A DNA stretch of 64,000 nt from Ginglymostoma cirratum (lineage: Eukaryota), in the NCBI GenBank assembly GCA_024137785.1, contig JAHRHZ010000110.1, forward strand, positions 62,001 to 126,000. Direction: 5' to 3'. The translations under genes and the position numbers were made by a program. Shown in pieces: positions 12,590-25,468 of the stretch. The stretch's first letter is position 1, and every line of letters begins with the position of its first letter. Under the pieces are notes generated by a model. That model was not told where the DNA came from and did not search any database. It saw nothing but the letters and a program-made list of their open reading frames with translations.

Positions 12590-13262
12590 TTCCTCTCTCC
12601 CCCGTCCCTCTCTCCCTCTCTCCCTCCCCATCTCTTTCTCCATCGCCGTCTCTTGCTCCCTCTACGTCCCTCGACCCCCTATCCTCATCACTTTCTCCCT
12701 CCCTTACTGTCCCTCGTTCCCTCTCTCCCTCCACGTCCCTCGCTCACTCTCTCCGTCCCTCGCTCCCGCACTCCATCGCTCGCTCCTTGACTTGCGCTAC
12801 CTCTCTTCCTCCCCATCCGTCACTCCCTCCTGTCCCTTGCTCCCTCCCTATCCATCACTCCCTCGGCGTTCCTTGCTCCCGCCCCTTCCTCGCTTCCTCC
12901 CACTCTCTCTCTCCCCTCCCCTCGCTCCTTCGCTGTCTCGCTCTGTTCCTCACTCCCTCTCCGTCCCTCGCTACCTCCATCCCTGTCCCTCGTTCCCTCC
13001 CTCTCTGCCTCCCCGTCACTCGCTCTCTCACTCCCTCTCCATCTCTTGCTCACTCCCAGTCTCCCGCTCAATCCCGTCCCTCGCTCCCTGCAACCCCATA
13101 CCTCGCTCTCTCCCTAACTCACTCCCTCCCCGTACCTCGTTCCCTCCCTTGCTCCCTCTCTGTCCCACGGTCCCTCCATCTCCGTCTCTTTATCCATCCC
13201 TCCCTGTCCCTCGTTCCCTCCCGGTCCCTTGTTCCCTCCCTCCCTCCACGTCCCTCACTTCA
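12590..13262. repeat. Polypyrimidine (TCCC/CTC-rich) low-complexity tract, ~670 bp
   Basis: Almost entirely C/T with recurring tccctcg/ctccct units. Confidence 0.9.
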
Positions 13263-13464
13263 GCCCTAATTTCGAACCGATATCATTGCCCTTTTTTTAA
13301 AACGCTCGTCTTGGGTCCAAACTTCACTCCTGCAAAGAAAACAGGAAACTCAATCATAATAAGATCACTGCTCCCGAGTTGCACCGTTGCTTTGAGGAAC
13401 TGTCAGGGTCAAAAAGCGAAACAATGGTTACTTTGGCTCTGAAATTAGCAACCAGTACGCTGTT

Positions 13465-13538
13465 AGGCATAGATGGTGGATTGAATCCGCAACCTTTGGT
13501 TTTACAAGACCAACGCTTTCCCACTTAGCCACCACGCC
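13465..13538 (-). tRNA. tRNA-Thr pseudogene (Thr-CGT-type body, anticodon TGT)
   Basis: Reverse strand ggcgtggtggctaagtgggaaagcgttggtct-TGT-aaaaccaaaggttgcggattcaatccaccatctatgcct. Confidence 0.8.
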
Positions 13539-15327
13539 CTGCTTTATAACAAGTCCAAACTGCTACTTTCTATCGGTTTGTTAACTATGAGTGAGTTTCT
13601 TTGAAATTGTTGGAAAAGCAAGATAAACTGACAGATTGTTTGATGTTAAAATACAGGGCGGGATGAAGAAGAAAGAATGGCGAATGATTGTGTTCAGACA
13701 AATTTGGAAGCCATTGGAAACGATTTGTGTCAACCTTTACAGGAAGCAGATTGCAAAAGCTCAGTGTGAAATTCTTGCTGAAATTGTCTTGGTTTTAATG
13801 AGCACACAAACGCAGCTCAGCATAATAATGATTTCCAAGCACAGAGAAGGATATAGTTGGCTTCGAGATCACGTCAGGAATGTTCACTGGATTCATCCCA
13901 GGGATGTGAGAACTGCCCTCCAGGAGCATACAAATAATATCAGTCAAGGCGCTACAGAGATTAGAATACTGAGAGATGAGGAAAATATGTTAATTCACAA
14001 AGTAATCATTCGGTAGAATTCTGGAAGAGACTACTGCCCCACAAGGAGGTGCTTGAATATCAATTACCTTTCGAAATAGCTGAGAGTCACTCGGTCACCG
14101 GGATTTAGGGATGTTGGCGTTACAAGCCGTACCCATATTCCGTGAAAGTACCAAAGGAAGTGAGTCGGGAGCATTTGTTCCACATCGAGACAATATCCAT
14201 GATGTGGTTAGGCAATAATTTGGGTTAGTTGAGTTTATCAATGAAGAAATCACATTAATTAAGCGAAGAGATCGCTGTACAACTGTAATGTCTGCAGTTC
14301 AGTCTCAGTTTGAGCAATGTATGTAATCCTCGTCCTTACTCTTCACCTAAACAATAGAGCTTAGAAAAGACGCAGTATATTTTGTTGGGATGGTGGACAG
14401 GAGCGGGATTACATTCACGAGATACTTGATAAGTTGGAAAAGCTGCACCTGAACCCAGGAAAATTGGGAAGTAAACTAACGGAGATTTTCCTGACAATGC
14501 GATGTTCACATTGTTTATATTGGAGGAACATTCTCTCTTTCGAGTGAATTAATGTCAGACTGGTGAGAAATTCAAAACAATCAGTGAATGACAAAAAAAG
14601 GCTTTGGAATAGAATTTTTTTCACTCGGGGAGTTGTTTAAGTTGGCAACAGTTTTCCAGAAATAAAGCTGTTTCTAAAGTGTTTTAAAATACATATGAGC
14701 GAACATACACAGAGTGACTCTAACAAGGGGAGAGAGTCAGTGGCCTGGTCTGACGGGTCTGGAGGTGCGGATGGTGGGTGGCAGGGCAGGGTGGAGCAGG
14801 GCCAGGCGGGGAAATCAATTCGAATTTGAATTACTTTAGCGGCAATGAAATGTCGTGAACGGATGATTCAGACTGAGTGTGAAAACGCTCATGGTTTTGA
14901 AAAGTGCGGCATATTATTCAAAGCGAAGCCTGTTGTAAGTTGCGATGCAACTGATCATGATTCTCAAAAATAGGTGAAGGAAATTTAGACGTAAATAAGT
15001 TTTGTGAAGACGTGAAGCTGAATAGCATTGACTGTAAAAATATTTCATGATTTTAAAAAATGTTTGGCATATGTTTCCCCATGAAGCATTATCAGTGCAA
15101 CTGAGCTTTTTTTTTCACAATTGGTAAGGAAAGTCATCCCCTAGTAATTAGGAAGGGAAGCGGCTCTTGGAGACGCAATTCTTGCTTTTATCTAATAGGT
15201 TCAAATTCCAGTTGTGTTTTCGTTGTTTTTCCATGGAGATAATATTCTAATGTCAAACGGAGACATGTCAAAAAGCGGGAGTTTGACGAAACTCAATCAG
15301 AAAGACTATTCATGCAAATATAATTGA

Positions 15328-15397
15328 TTCCTTCCCGCTAGTGGCTAGGATTCGGCGCGTTCACTGCCACGGCCTATCTCCGTTCCTGTTCAGAGAA
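15328..15397 (+). tRNA. tRNA-Glu(TTC) pseudogene
   Basis: ctagtggctaggattcggcgcgTTCactgccacggcc; T arm destroyed. Confidence 0.75.
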
Positions 15398-15889
15398 TCA
15401 GGATTTATTGTTCTTGGTAGTGACAACAGCAGAAGCAGAGCAGCTGTAACAGTACTCCTTTCAATGTCTCAGATCAGTTAATGATCCCGAGAACATGAGT
15501 CAATGCCCCAGATTCTTAAAGACGAACGTATCTGCTCAGTCGGACAGTTAATATTTAATTTTCCTCTGATTCCACTTCCCAAAGTGTTTCTAAAGATTCA
15601 CAATGCTGAGAATGGGTTTTCCATTTTGTTTCCTCGCCATTGCCACAATCTGCCATGTTTGGGTCGGTAGGTTTGGGAAATGGAAAGGTGCCCATTAGCA
15701 GCTTATGGGACGATTTCAGCTTCCACGACTTTGATGATGCTGGGACATTCACTCTGATGTTCTTGGTAACATTTATTGATTTTAGACTGTGAAAGGATTC
15801 TCGTTCGTGCGCAACAGAAATTCAAACATCATCGCGGCTTCGGGTCAATGAGAAATAGTAATTTGGAAGCATAAAGAAGTCATGAACTG

Positions 15890-15964
15890 CACTCAACCAG
15901 AGAGAAAACTACAATCTTCTGATCTCTAAACAGACGCCTTTATGTTATCCATTGTGCTACCCCG
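15890..15964 (-). pseudogene. Decayed tRNA-Arg(ACG)-type with insertion
   Basis: Reverse strand gcacaatggataac[ataaag]gcgtctgtttagagatcagaagattgtag. Confidence 0.65.
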
Positions 15965-16495
15965 GACAGAGCTGAAGAAAGCGAGTCAGATTTGTTTGAA
16001 ACCAAGGAAATTAGGCTTCTAATGATGCAGGTGTAGTAATCAAGTCAGTTACTTGTCTTTTAGTTTCCTCATAAGGACATTTGTGGAAAATGTCTGAGGG
16101 TGTCTGTATTGGAATCTAGCCCCACTCCCATCCCATAACCAAATTGTTTATTTCTCGTTGCGCCTGATGGAGGTTCGAGAGTAATTCCTGGATCCACCTT
16201 GTGACACACAGACTGGAAACAGTCTCCCCAGTTCAGAGCAGAATGCATCAACGAGCAACTTGAATAGCAAGAAGAGAGAGGCTGAAAGAATGAAGTGGGG
16301 AAGGGCAGGATGAGGGAGAAAGGGCGACAGACAAACGGGTAGAGAGTGAAAAAATACGATTGAAGACACGCAGAGAGAGTGAGGAGAAAAGATGCAGAAA
16401 GTGCACAACCTTTCTACCTCCTTTTTTGTAACAATTTATCATTTGGGTATGAACACTTCACTTAATACTGCACAGCAGAAGCCCCTGTCAACTGT

Positions 16496-16567
16496 GGGCT
16501 TATGGCGCAACGGTAGCACGTCTGACTCCAGATCAGAAGGTTGCGTGCTGAAATCACATCAGGTTCC
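16496..16567 (+). tRNA. tRNA-Trp(CCA), probable pseudogene
   Basis: tggcgcaacggtagcacgtctgact-CCA-gatcagaaggttgcgtg intact; T-loop (gctgaaat) and acceptor stem mutated. Confidence 0.9.
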
Positions 16568-18019
16568 TGCCCTCTCATCTCAGTAAAGTGTTTCTCCTTT
16601 GTATCAAAGCAGACCTTGTTGTTTGTGGGTGCTGCTTGATAGTGTTTCTCCTATTCAGTAGCTGTTCAACGACGTGTGATACTTTCCTGACAGTTTTATA
16701 GTGGGAACACTGCTGCAGGGATGTTAGTTGCTCAAACACAGTGTTCATCGTGGGGTTTAAACACAAAACATCCATCTTCTGGGCTGCCACTTCATTCAGT
16801 CAGTAACAATGCCATGCTGCTAACATTATACAGGTATTTTCTCACTTAATTTTTTAAACGCAATTTTATGTTTCAATCTATAAGGAGATTTCAGCTCCTC
16901 TTGTTAAAGCAGTTGGCAGTGAGTTCATAAAGGAATGTTTCCTATCAACAAAAATTCCTTTTACAGTTGGAATGATCTTTATTGAACAGCAGGGGAGGAA
17001 ACTGCCATCCCACAGCCCCTCTTCACATTAACGATGAGACTGAATTTTATAGACTGTATTGGTAAAACCCAATGGCAGGCAATGAGTTCAGTTCCAATGC
17101 TGGTTTGGTGCTGTCACCTTCCTGATTGTTGAGTGAGTTACAGGCAAAGTCTACAGGAAATATATATCATGTGGATGTATTGCCAGGACAACAGAACAAT
17201 GAGTCTAAAGTCAGGAACCTGAAAATCGCCTAATTTTGAAATTCAAGAAGTAGGACGCACTGAAGATGCATCGGATCGTCACGATCTCCCTGAACTCTCT
17301 GCGACGAATAGAATCCAACCGAGAATGATCTTTTTGCTAAGATTATAGCAGAGAACTGAGAGCACTCCTCCTTAAAGTTTTCCAAAACACTGAAGATTTC
17401 TTCTTCCTGTGTGACATATTTTATTTTGATCAAGGAAATCTTATTCGCAGGTGGGGAGGGACAGGATTGTGAATATTCCCAGAATTTTCTAAGTGTAAAG
17501 GAACAAGTCTGTAAAAACAACAAATATGAAAATCTGTGACAGACTGAGAGGCACATTTAATTCACTGACACAAGGAATAAGGAACAAGGCAGAAGAAATG
17601 CTGATGGACCAACGTTCACAGTTAAGTTGCAGCTTCTTTAATGTTCTCATCGTTAGGAAGGAGCTTTCTCCACTGTAACCTTGTTTTAAAATTCATACAG
17701 AGTTTGACTCCATGTTGCTTTTGCGTAAGTTGTCACAGTGGACAGGGATTGTTAACAAAAATAAACCAGGTCGTTGAGTGTTTGTGCGAAGGCGCTGGGC
17801 CGTCAGTCTTACTTAGAATGGCTTTCAATTCAGTTGGACTAATCCAAAATTTCATCCGTGGAAAACAAATGCTGAGGGAGCGGAGTGAAAAGGCCATGAT
17901 TCGCTACAAGGCATGGCAGTGTGAAACGAAGACTATAATGTTATCCCAGTCCACCCACAAAACAATTTTAGACCTATCGATTAAATAAGACCATGGACAA
18001 AATGATGGAGGAGCATTCG

Positions 18020-18520
18020 GAATAAATTAAGAGCAGAAATGTTCGACCCAACGAATCTGCTGCTACTTTCAATGATAATCTTCAATTTAATTCTGCTGCT
18101 TGAATTGAATAAATCTTCAACATCTTACTGATTGGACGTCTGTCTAGCTCAGTTTGACAATACCCAACAATCCAGCCTCAACAGTCGTCTGCGGGAAAGA
18201 ATTCCACAACCTCACTGGCCCCTGAGAGAAGAATTTCCTCCTCATTTCCGAATTAAATGGGATAAACTTTATTCGGATATGACATCCTGTAGTCCTTCTC
18301 TCTCGTGCTCGGGGAAACCATTTGTCCATATCTACGCTGTCAAGGCACCTAAGAATATTGAATGTTAACAAATGCTGTTCTATGATTATAAACTCCCGTC
18401 AGCCTCCTGTGTTCGAAGGAGAACAGTCCCAGCCGAACCGAACATTCTGCAAAGTTTCATCTTATCCAGTCCTGGCAACTTTCTGGTAAATCTCCGCTGC
18501 AACCTGCACAGTTCTTGAAT
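18020..18520 (-). mobile_element. CR1 3' fragment
   Basis: ORF 18144-18371 NSEMRRKFFSQGPVRLWNSFPQ, the CR1 C-terminal motif. Confidence 0.75.
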
Positions 18521-19192
18521 ATTTTAAAGGCAGGTCGAGAGATATTGTGCTGAACAAAGGTTATCAAGTTTTTCAGGGATTGACCGGAATAGGGATTTAG
18601 GGTTAGAATCCGATTGACCCTGCATATATAGAAGGTTAGGGCACTGAATTACTCTGATTCCAGGGCTGGGAACTGGGGTTAAATTGTCTTCTGCAGCAGT
18701 GGTTACTTCCTTGTGTGAGGAAACCGCTGATGCAGCCAATGTAAAACTCGATTTCCAATTGAGAAATACATACAAGACCGCAGCCCAGAAGAATTATTTC
18801 ATTTCCACCCGGTTACTAATTACATTTGCCTCGTGAATATAACAAAGTAATGTTTTTATTTTGAAGCATAACAAATATGATGTAGCTACTCAGTCCATTG
18901 AATCTGCCTTTCTGAGCAATGAAATTATGTATGTACTCCTGAGGCACTGCCATTTTTCTGCAGTATGCCATGACTTCTAAATATGTTTAATCCATCGAAA
19001 TCTATCAATCTCTGTTTTGTTTACTCTGAATGCTAGATATTGACAACCTCCATGGCCCTGAATTCGATAGATTTTGTCTACTCATTTCAGTATGCTATTT
19101 GATAAGTATTTCTGTTGTGTTTCTGGTGCTGCTCCTGGCATGCCTTCCAGCAGTGTGCTTATTGTACGTTTCCCAGTGCCTCGTTGTTCAGC

Positions 19193-19263
19193 GCCATGGT
19201 CGTATAATGGCGTATACTCTGCATGTAGACACAGCAGATTCGACTCGAATCCGAATCACGGCA
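19193..19263 (+). tRNA. tRNA-His-derived pseudogene
   Basis: gccatggtcgtataatgg..tactctgc..cagcagattcgactcgaatccgaatcacggca; anticodon loop damaged. Confidence 0.8.
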
Positions 19264-19289
19264 GTGTTTGTTTTCCCTTTTATTTTATC

Positions 19290-19590
19290 TTAATATATGC
19301 AATAGTAACACAGTAGAGGATCAATTAATATTGCAAGAAGGCATGCAGAGGTGTGTGAAATGCTGAGGTTGTGGTGACATTTGGACAATGGGTAGAGATT
19401 ACCTTGATTCAGGAGATAATCATGAAGAATCTGTTTATGTGGAGATGAGGAATAGTGGGGGGAAAAGTCACCAGTTGGATAAGTATACAAGCCTACTGAC
19501 AGTAACCACAACATGAAAACAAACGTATAAAAAACAGATATTGTGTGTGACAGATAAAGGGATGACAATAATCATGGGTGACCTTAATTT
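19290..19590 (+). mobile_element. CR1 ORF2 endonuclease-region fragment
   Basis: tgtggagatgaggaatagtggggg..gtatacaagcctact..ataatcatgggtgaccttaat, similar to 'VELRN..VYRPP..IIMGDFN'. Confidence 0.65.
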
Positions 19591-19859
19591 CCCCGTCTCC
19601 CACTCCCAGCTACATTGCAAAGAAAGTTTAGAGAACTATAAAAAATATATCAAATATGTCCCATAAAACAGCAATGGATTTATCCTGGCCTTCAATGAAT
19701 TTACGTGTACTTAGTTTCCGTCTTTTCCTGGGAAACCATCTTTTTCATTGTGACCTTCAGGAAAGGAGGCCCTTTTTTTGCCAGAAAAAAAAAATGTCAT
19801 TCATCTTTGTTTGCTTCATGCAAAAGAACACTAAGATTCCTTGGTTCTCTATTTTTTGG

Positions 19860-20790
19860 AAATTTCTCTCGATTTTCATAGGGGCCTCCCTTTTGATTCT
19901 TCCACCAAAGTGCAAGGAATCACAGTGCCGACATGAAACTGCATAAGCCAAGTTTTTGTCCATTCACTCAACTTTTCTATACCCCTATGCAGATTCGCAT
20001 GTCCTTACCACAACATGCCCTCCGTCTAATTCGTATCTTCAGCAAAACTGAACATATTACACTCTGGTACTTCCTCTAAGTCTTTAAAACAGGGAAAAAT
20101 AATTGCAGCCCTATGACTGACCATTGTGACACTACACAAAACATATCTTCCCAACTTGAAAAATACCCATTAATCTCGATTCTGCATTTTATGTTAATTA
20201 ACAATGGGCAGCCCTTGCTCATTTATACCAAACAATGTAAACTCCTTCCTTGAACAATGACTTGAGAAATGGCTCCTTATTGAGTGCCTGCTAAAAATTC
20301 AAATTCACTTCTTCTGCCGTTTCGCTTTCTCAGCTGTCCTTGTAATATTACGAAAGTTGTCTTGCAAAATTACCAGAGATAGTAGGAATTGCAAATGTTG
20401 GAGAGTCTGAAATAACAAGGCATAGAGCTGGGTGAACACAGCAGGCCAAGGAGCATCAGAGGAGCAGGAAAGTTGACGTTTTGGGCCTGGACCTTTCTTC
20501 AGAGTGTGATTTGCCTTTCAACAAACGATGTTGACTGTCTTTGACTGCAAATTAGGTCAATTACATCTTTAAATGAGATCATGGCTAATACTCAACTCCA
20601 CTTTTCTGCCTTATCACAGTGGCCCTTGAATCCCTAAATGACTGAATCTCTTTCTATCTCAACCTTGAATACACCCAGCCTTATCAGAACTCTGTTGTAT
20701 GAATTCCACAGATTTGTAACCCTCTGAATGGGAGAACACCCCCTTCATTTCTGTATTAAATGAGCAATGCCTTCCCTGAGATTACGCTCC
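19860..20790 (-). mobile_element. CR1 RT and 3' fragments
   Basis: HFGGRIKREA (HFG motif), KFAEDT-like motif, 3' tail at 20560-20790. Confidence 0.7.
20375..20504 (-). mobile_element. Penelope-like terminal fragment, hammerhead core mutated
   Basis: Reverse strand ctctgaagaaaggtccaggcccaaaacgtcaac (GAAA changed to AAAA); duplicate at 50675-50805. Confidence 0.8.
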
Positions 20791-21239
20791 CGGCTGGAAA
20801 CCAGAGCGCAGCAAACCCCCAAAAGTCAGTTATGAACTCACTGGCGTATCTAGCAGCAATTGTGAGCATTTAAAACAGTTTCATTTTTGACCTATGGTTA
20901 AACAAACTGCCCTGATTTGCACATTAGATTGGCCAATGAAGAATCTGGTTCAAAAGTACTTAATTGGTTGTGATTTGGATGATGGTGAAAGGAGCTTTTA
21001 AAATACAAATACATCCTTCTTTCTCAATCCATTGATCTGGCTATTAATTTCTCTGCTCATAAAAGTGGATTCTTCCCATTCACTCTACTTCTCACTCATT
21101 TAGTTCAATTCAATCTCCGTTTTGATCCTATACAGGTTGACAAGAAATATAATGATTGTGGCATGGACAAGACAAGCCGAATGCTCCTCTGCCCTGTTGA
21201 AACCGTTCCATGAGAAAAGTTAAAATGTAGCATGGGGCT

Positions 21240-21321
21240 GTAGTTGTGGTTGAGTGGTTCAGGCAATGAATAAGAAATCCATTGGGATTTCCCCGTGCAT
21301 GTTTGAATCTCGCCGAATACG
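21240..21321 (+). tRNA. tRNA-Ser(AGA) pseudogene
   Basis: gtagttgtggttgagtggttcaggcaatgaataAGAaatccattgggatttccccgtgcatgtttgaatctcgccgaatacg. Confidence 0.85.
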
Positions 21322-22121
21322 TTTTCTGAACACTTTTCTTATTTCAAATAACCTTCTGATCAATGGGTTATCGCTCAAACTCGAGGAAATATGTCTCACC
21401 AACCCACCGGAGAGTCTGGTCATTTATTGACATTCGGGAAATATGAGTTCTGAACAAGAAACTTACCATACTCAAAACTTTAGCTCTGTTTCTCTTTCCA
21501 CAGTTACCACGAAAGATGTTGAGTTTTGACAGTATTCTCTGTGTTTAATCTACATAAACGATTTTGCACTAAATATCTTGAATTGCAGTCCTCTGGTAAC
21601 TGACCCTGGTCAGTGGCTGCAGTTTCTCCCCACCATCACCCTGCCTATTCACACCACTCCCATCCCCACTGTTGTGAACAGTCCAAGGAAATCTCTGGTT
21701 AAACTTTTTTGTTCCAAAGAGAACATTTCCGGTCTCGGGAATAATTCCACTAAACGGGATATCCTCATCACTGGACATGTTGCAAGGCGGAGGATTGTGA
21801 GGAGATTTTGGAAAAATATTGACAGTTGGAGGGATTGGAGGGGGTGGAGGTGGTGGGGGTGGTGCGATGTTAAGGAAGCAAAACAGAAAACCCGGTCTCC
21901 AGCTTTTTGACTCTTTAGAAACTCTTGGAAACGGGAATCACAGTAGAATGAAGAGTAACGTTTCCGATTTAGCACAAAAAGTCAAGACACCTGCCATTTC
22001 TTTTTAAGGCTGGGACATTGACTCTGATGTTCTCGGGACATGAACTAAATTGAGACATGGAAAAGATTCTCGTCTCTACACATCAGGAATTCAAATCTCA
22101 TTTCGGCTATGAGACAATGAG

Positions 22122-22252
22122 ACAAACAAATACTGCTGGAGAAACTCAGCAGGGTTGGCAGTACCGTTGGGATAAAATAGAGTTCTGAAACCTTGACTCT
22201 GATTCTCTGCAAGATCTGCTGACCTTTTCCTGAAATTTATGTTTTTGTTTTT
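22122..22252. mobile_element. Collapsed inverted pair of Penelope-like termini (subfamily 2)
   Basis: aaatactgctggagaaactcagcagg ... atctgctgaccttttcctgaaatttatgtttttg; duplicate at ~48838-48968. Confidence 0.5.
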
Positions 22253-22432
22253 AAATGAATGTTTATCCCATCTGTTGGGATGAAACAGCCGGATTTACCA
22301 TGTACTGAATTTAACCCTTTAGAAATCTGAGAAGTGATTGGATTCAAACAAACCGAGTCATGATTCACTCTTCCTCAGTTCCACAGAGAGAGAGAGAGAG
22401 ACCTGGAAAGCAGAGCCAGTACTGCGACGTGT

Positions 22433-22512
22433 GCAGTCGTGGCCGAGTGGTTAAGGCGATGGACAGGAAATCAATTGGCTATTCCTGTCCTGTTTAAATC
22501 CTGTGGACTACG
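22433..22512 (+). tRNA. tRNA-Ser pseudogene, anticodon GGA
   Basis: gcagtcgtggccgagtggttaaggcgatggaca-GGA-aatcaattgg..gactacg. Confidence 0.85.
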
Positions 22513-22876
22513 CTTGTTAGCTGAAAGAGATTTGCTCCTTGTATTCTTGTTTGCTGGAGGTATGACAGGAGAGGCAGCTGATGAATACTTCACCCAAATC
22601 GCTTATGAGGGGCATAGGCCAATCACTGCCTGTTAGAGAGCAAGAATCAGAAAACCTCACACGATTTAAGGTACATTTAAATGTACACTGACGTTGCTAA
22701 CTTTCGTGAGTCAATAAGGCGAGTGCCGGAAAAGGAGACAATAACAGTCAGGGGCTTGATTTCAACTGCAGCAGACTTGATGGGCTGAGGGTTTTTTTTC
22801 TGTGCTGGGGATCTCTTCTACCAGCTGCTGGGAGCTTAGGTTGTGAAGTGATAGGACAACGTTTGCAAAATGCAGC

Positions 22877-22950
22877 AGAGCCAGAAAGGGATCGAACCAA
22901 CTCTCCCCTGATGTATCTGTCAGACACGTTATCCATTGAGCCATTGGGAT
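22877..22950 (-). tRNA. tRNA-Arg(ACG)-type pseudogene
   Basis: Reverse strand ccaatggctcaatggataacgtgtctgac..atcag..ggttcgatccctttctggctc; anticodon loop scrambled. Confidence 0.75.
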
Positions 22951-23869
22951 TGGGGTAACTGGCACTGTGCATATTCCTTGAATCACTATCTGGGAGAATC
23001 AGGAAGATGCGATCCTGGTGTCTCTTTATCTAGCCTCTTGCAAACCTATCGCTTCTCAATCCCTCGTGCCTTACTTTTCCTGGCCCAGCTTTCCAGGTAA
23101 TGATTGGCTTCACAATCTGCCTGTGTTTCTATCAAGCAGCTCATTGACCTCGGAGCTGGGTAGTCAGAGAGAGCTGGAGGTGAGACGGGGACACAGGCAG
23201 AAAGAGATGCGACATGTCGTGTGTCAATTGCTTTTAGTTAGGGATGTCTATCGGAGACTGTCCTGTCAGATTCCCAGGATCTGCACTGATTGGGTCAGAG
23301 AGTATTCGAAATTGAAAGTTGCATGTGAGCAGCCTGTGAGAATATTTCAGCTCACTGTCCATTTTACGCCCCAGCTCGCAGAAACAGTTCTCATTGTCTG
23401 GAAAAGTTGCTTGCGTTCCACCTAAAGCTGACTTTTTACGCAGAATATTGTGCCTGGGAACAGAGAGCGGACGTCAAGGACATGGAGCAAGTATAATCCT
23501 GAGGTCTCTGTCACTCTCGGGGATGTGCCTTTGTGGGTGAAAATGAGGATGAGTTCCTCAAGGAGGTATTAACACAGTTTCATCATCTCAATCTTCGGGA
23601 AATTTGTTGTCTTACTTGACATCACAGGGATAAATGCATTGACATTTCCCTTCATAATGTCAAAGCACACAAGGCTGTGGACCAAACGCTGGAAACTGGG
23701 ACTAGAATGGATGGAGGTGTGAAGACTTGCACTGAAACGATGGGTCAAATGGTCTTCTTCCATGCTGTAAAACCACAGAGACGGAGAAACTGATCTGCAG
23801 CGAATATGATCAGAAATGAAAACGCAAACATAGGGTTATTAAGGAAAGACACGAGCCGATCTGTTGTAT

Positions 23870-23941
23870 TTCTTGCTGGTCTAGTGTTTAGGATTTAACG
23901 CTTTCACCGCCACTGCCCGGGTTTGATTCCCAGTTAGAGAA
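23870..23941 (+). tRNA. tRNA-Glu(TTC) pseudogene
   Basis: tggtctagtgtttaggatttaacgct-TTC-accgccactgcccgggtttgattcccagttagagaa. Confidence 0.85.
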
Positions 23942-24041
23942 TAGAAGTTCTGTTTTTGCTAACTTATCGTGGAGACAGCACTTCCGAATCATCAGGAGCT
24001 AGCAACTAATCTGATTTGTTCCAAACGTTCTGTAGATTAAC

Positions 24042-24162
24042 AAAAAACAAAGAACTGAGACAATCTGACACAAAACAGAAATTTGTAGAGAAACTCAGCA
24101 GGCCTGGCAGCATCTGTAGAGAGAAACAGAGCTGACATTTCGGATGCACTGACCGTTCGTCC
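24042..24162 (-). mobile_element. Penelope-like terminal fragment (subfamily 2)
   Basis: aaaacagaaatttgtagagaaactcagcaggcctggcagcatctgtagagagaaacagagctgacatttcgg; duplicate at ~46935-47050. Confidence 0.65.
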
Positions 24163-24359
24163 CTACCAGGTCAATTGTGCAGTTCTATGTTATTGTGTCG
24201 GGAGAGATTATTTGCTTTATCAGTCGAATCAACGTATTTATCAAATTCGCTGTCTCATTAGCTGACTCACGTCAACTTTACAACTCGAAAGGGACTTCAT
24301 AAACTGTAATTCTGCTTCCGTTGCCATGAGGTGGTGAAAGGCTCTGCTTAAATGATTGC

Positions 24360-24956
24360 GTTTTAATTTTACTTCCTGTCAGTTAGCAGCCATGTCGAAT
24401 GGAGAATTGGTCCTTTCAGCGCCTACCACAATATGTGTCTCCATTTGTCTCTCTTTGACTCTGCATAACCACCTCACCACCATTCACATTCTCTGACACT
24501 TCGTTGTCCACATTCACTATTTCGCATTTCTGCTCTTTGAAAAGTCTGAAATTCGGAGACACTTTGAGAGTTGAGTGTCTGGTGCTGGGCTCACATTCCT
24601 TGGATAATGTGTCCGATATGACTGAGGTAAGGAGTCATTTCTTGTCTCAAAAGATTGTGAATCCTCAGAATTCAAAACAGAATTCCTAATACACCAGAAA
24701 AATAAAATGCCACCATAATTACAATATTATAGCAACGTCTTTACTGTTGGTGTTAAAATGAATGAGAGTGATCTTTTCAAAGAGCAGAAGTGGGAAATGA
24801 GGGATGTGGACAATGGAGTGTCGTAGAATGTGAAAGGGGATGAGGTTGATACACAGAGTCAAAGAGAGACAAATAGAGACACATGCTGTCGTCGACACTG
24901 AAAGGATCAATTCTCCATTCGAAATGGCCGCTAACTGACAGAAAGGAAAAGAAAAA
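24360..24956. repeat. Local inverted repeat, ~185-bp arms (24360-24544 and 24772-24956)
   Basis: ctgtcagttagcagccat..tgctctttgaaaag vs cttttcaaagagcag..atggccgctaactgacag. Confidence 0.85.
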
Positions 24957-25426
24957 TGCCTGTGCAATTATTACAAAATTCCCCGGTAAGGCTACAGTTT
25001 ATCCAGCCTCACCTCGTTATTCCGACCAAACTGTGAATGAAGGGATGAGAATACAAGAAAAGGAGAAGCAGAACTGCTTGTGGAACGGCAGAAAGGAACT
25101 TCATGGTGAATCGAGGAGAAAAAGAGGAGACACTGAAACAGCCTCCTGACGACAAATGTATTTTCTTTGCCAGTAAAACTCATGGCTTCACAAATCAGGG
25201 ACCTTGAATTGAAGCAGTGACGGTGATTATCTTTGTTGGTTGTTCACACTGTGAATGTTACCATTGTTGCTCATGCCAGTGCTAACAGCACAACTCTACT
25301 GTATGTAAGCATCGAACATAAACCGGTGGAGATATAAAAGGTACTGCAGATGCTGGAGAATCCGAGATAACAAGCATGGGGCTGGATGAACACAGCAGGT
25401 CAAGCAGCATCACAGGAGCAGGAAAA

Positions 25427-25460
25427 CTTGACGTTTCGGGCCTAAACCCTTCATCAGAAA
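25427..25460 (-). ncRNA. Minimal hammerhead ribozyme motif
   Basis: Reverse strand ttt-CTGATGA-a-GGGT ttag GCCC-GAAAC-GTC-aag. Confidence 0.75.
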
Positions 25461-25468
25461 GGGTTGAT

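Larger units (their letters stand above)
15654..24787 (+). repeat. Left arm of ~9.1 kb inverted segmental duplication (partner 46306-55382)
   Basis: Colinear reverse-complement similarity along the whole arm, including 7 tRNA relics and CR1/Penelope fragments. Confidence 0.95.

Noticed and set aside
12507-13442. 311-aa and 245-aa Pro/Ser/Leu-rich ORFs
   Set aside because: Produced by the C/T low-complexity tract, which lacks stop codons; no domain signal
17230-17990. Possible coding exons conserved in both duplication arms
   Set aside because: Frames are not preserved between copies and no recognisable domain
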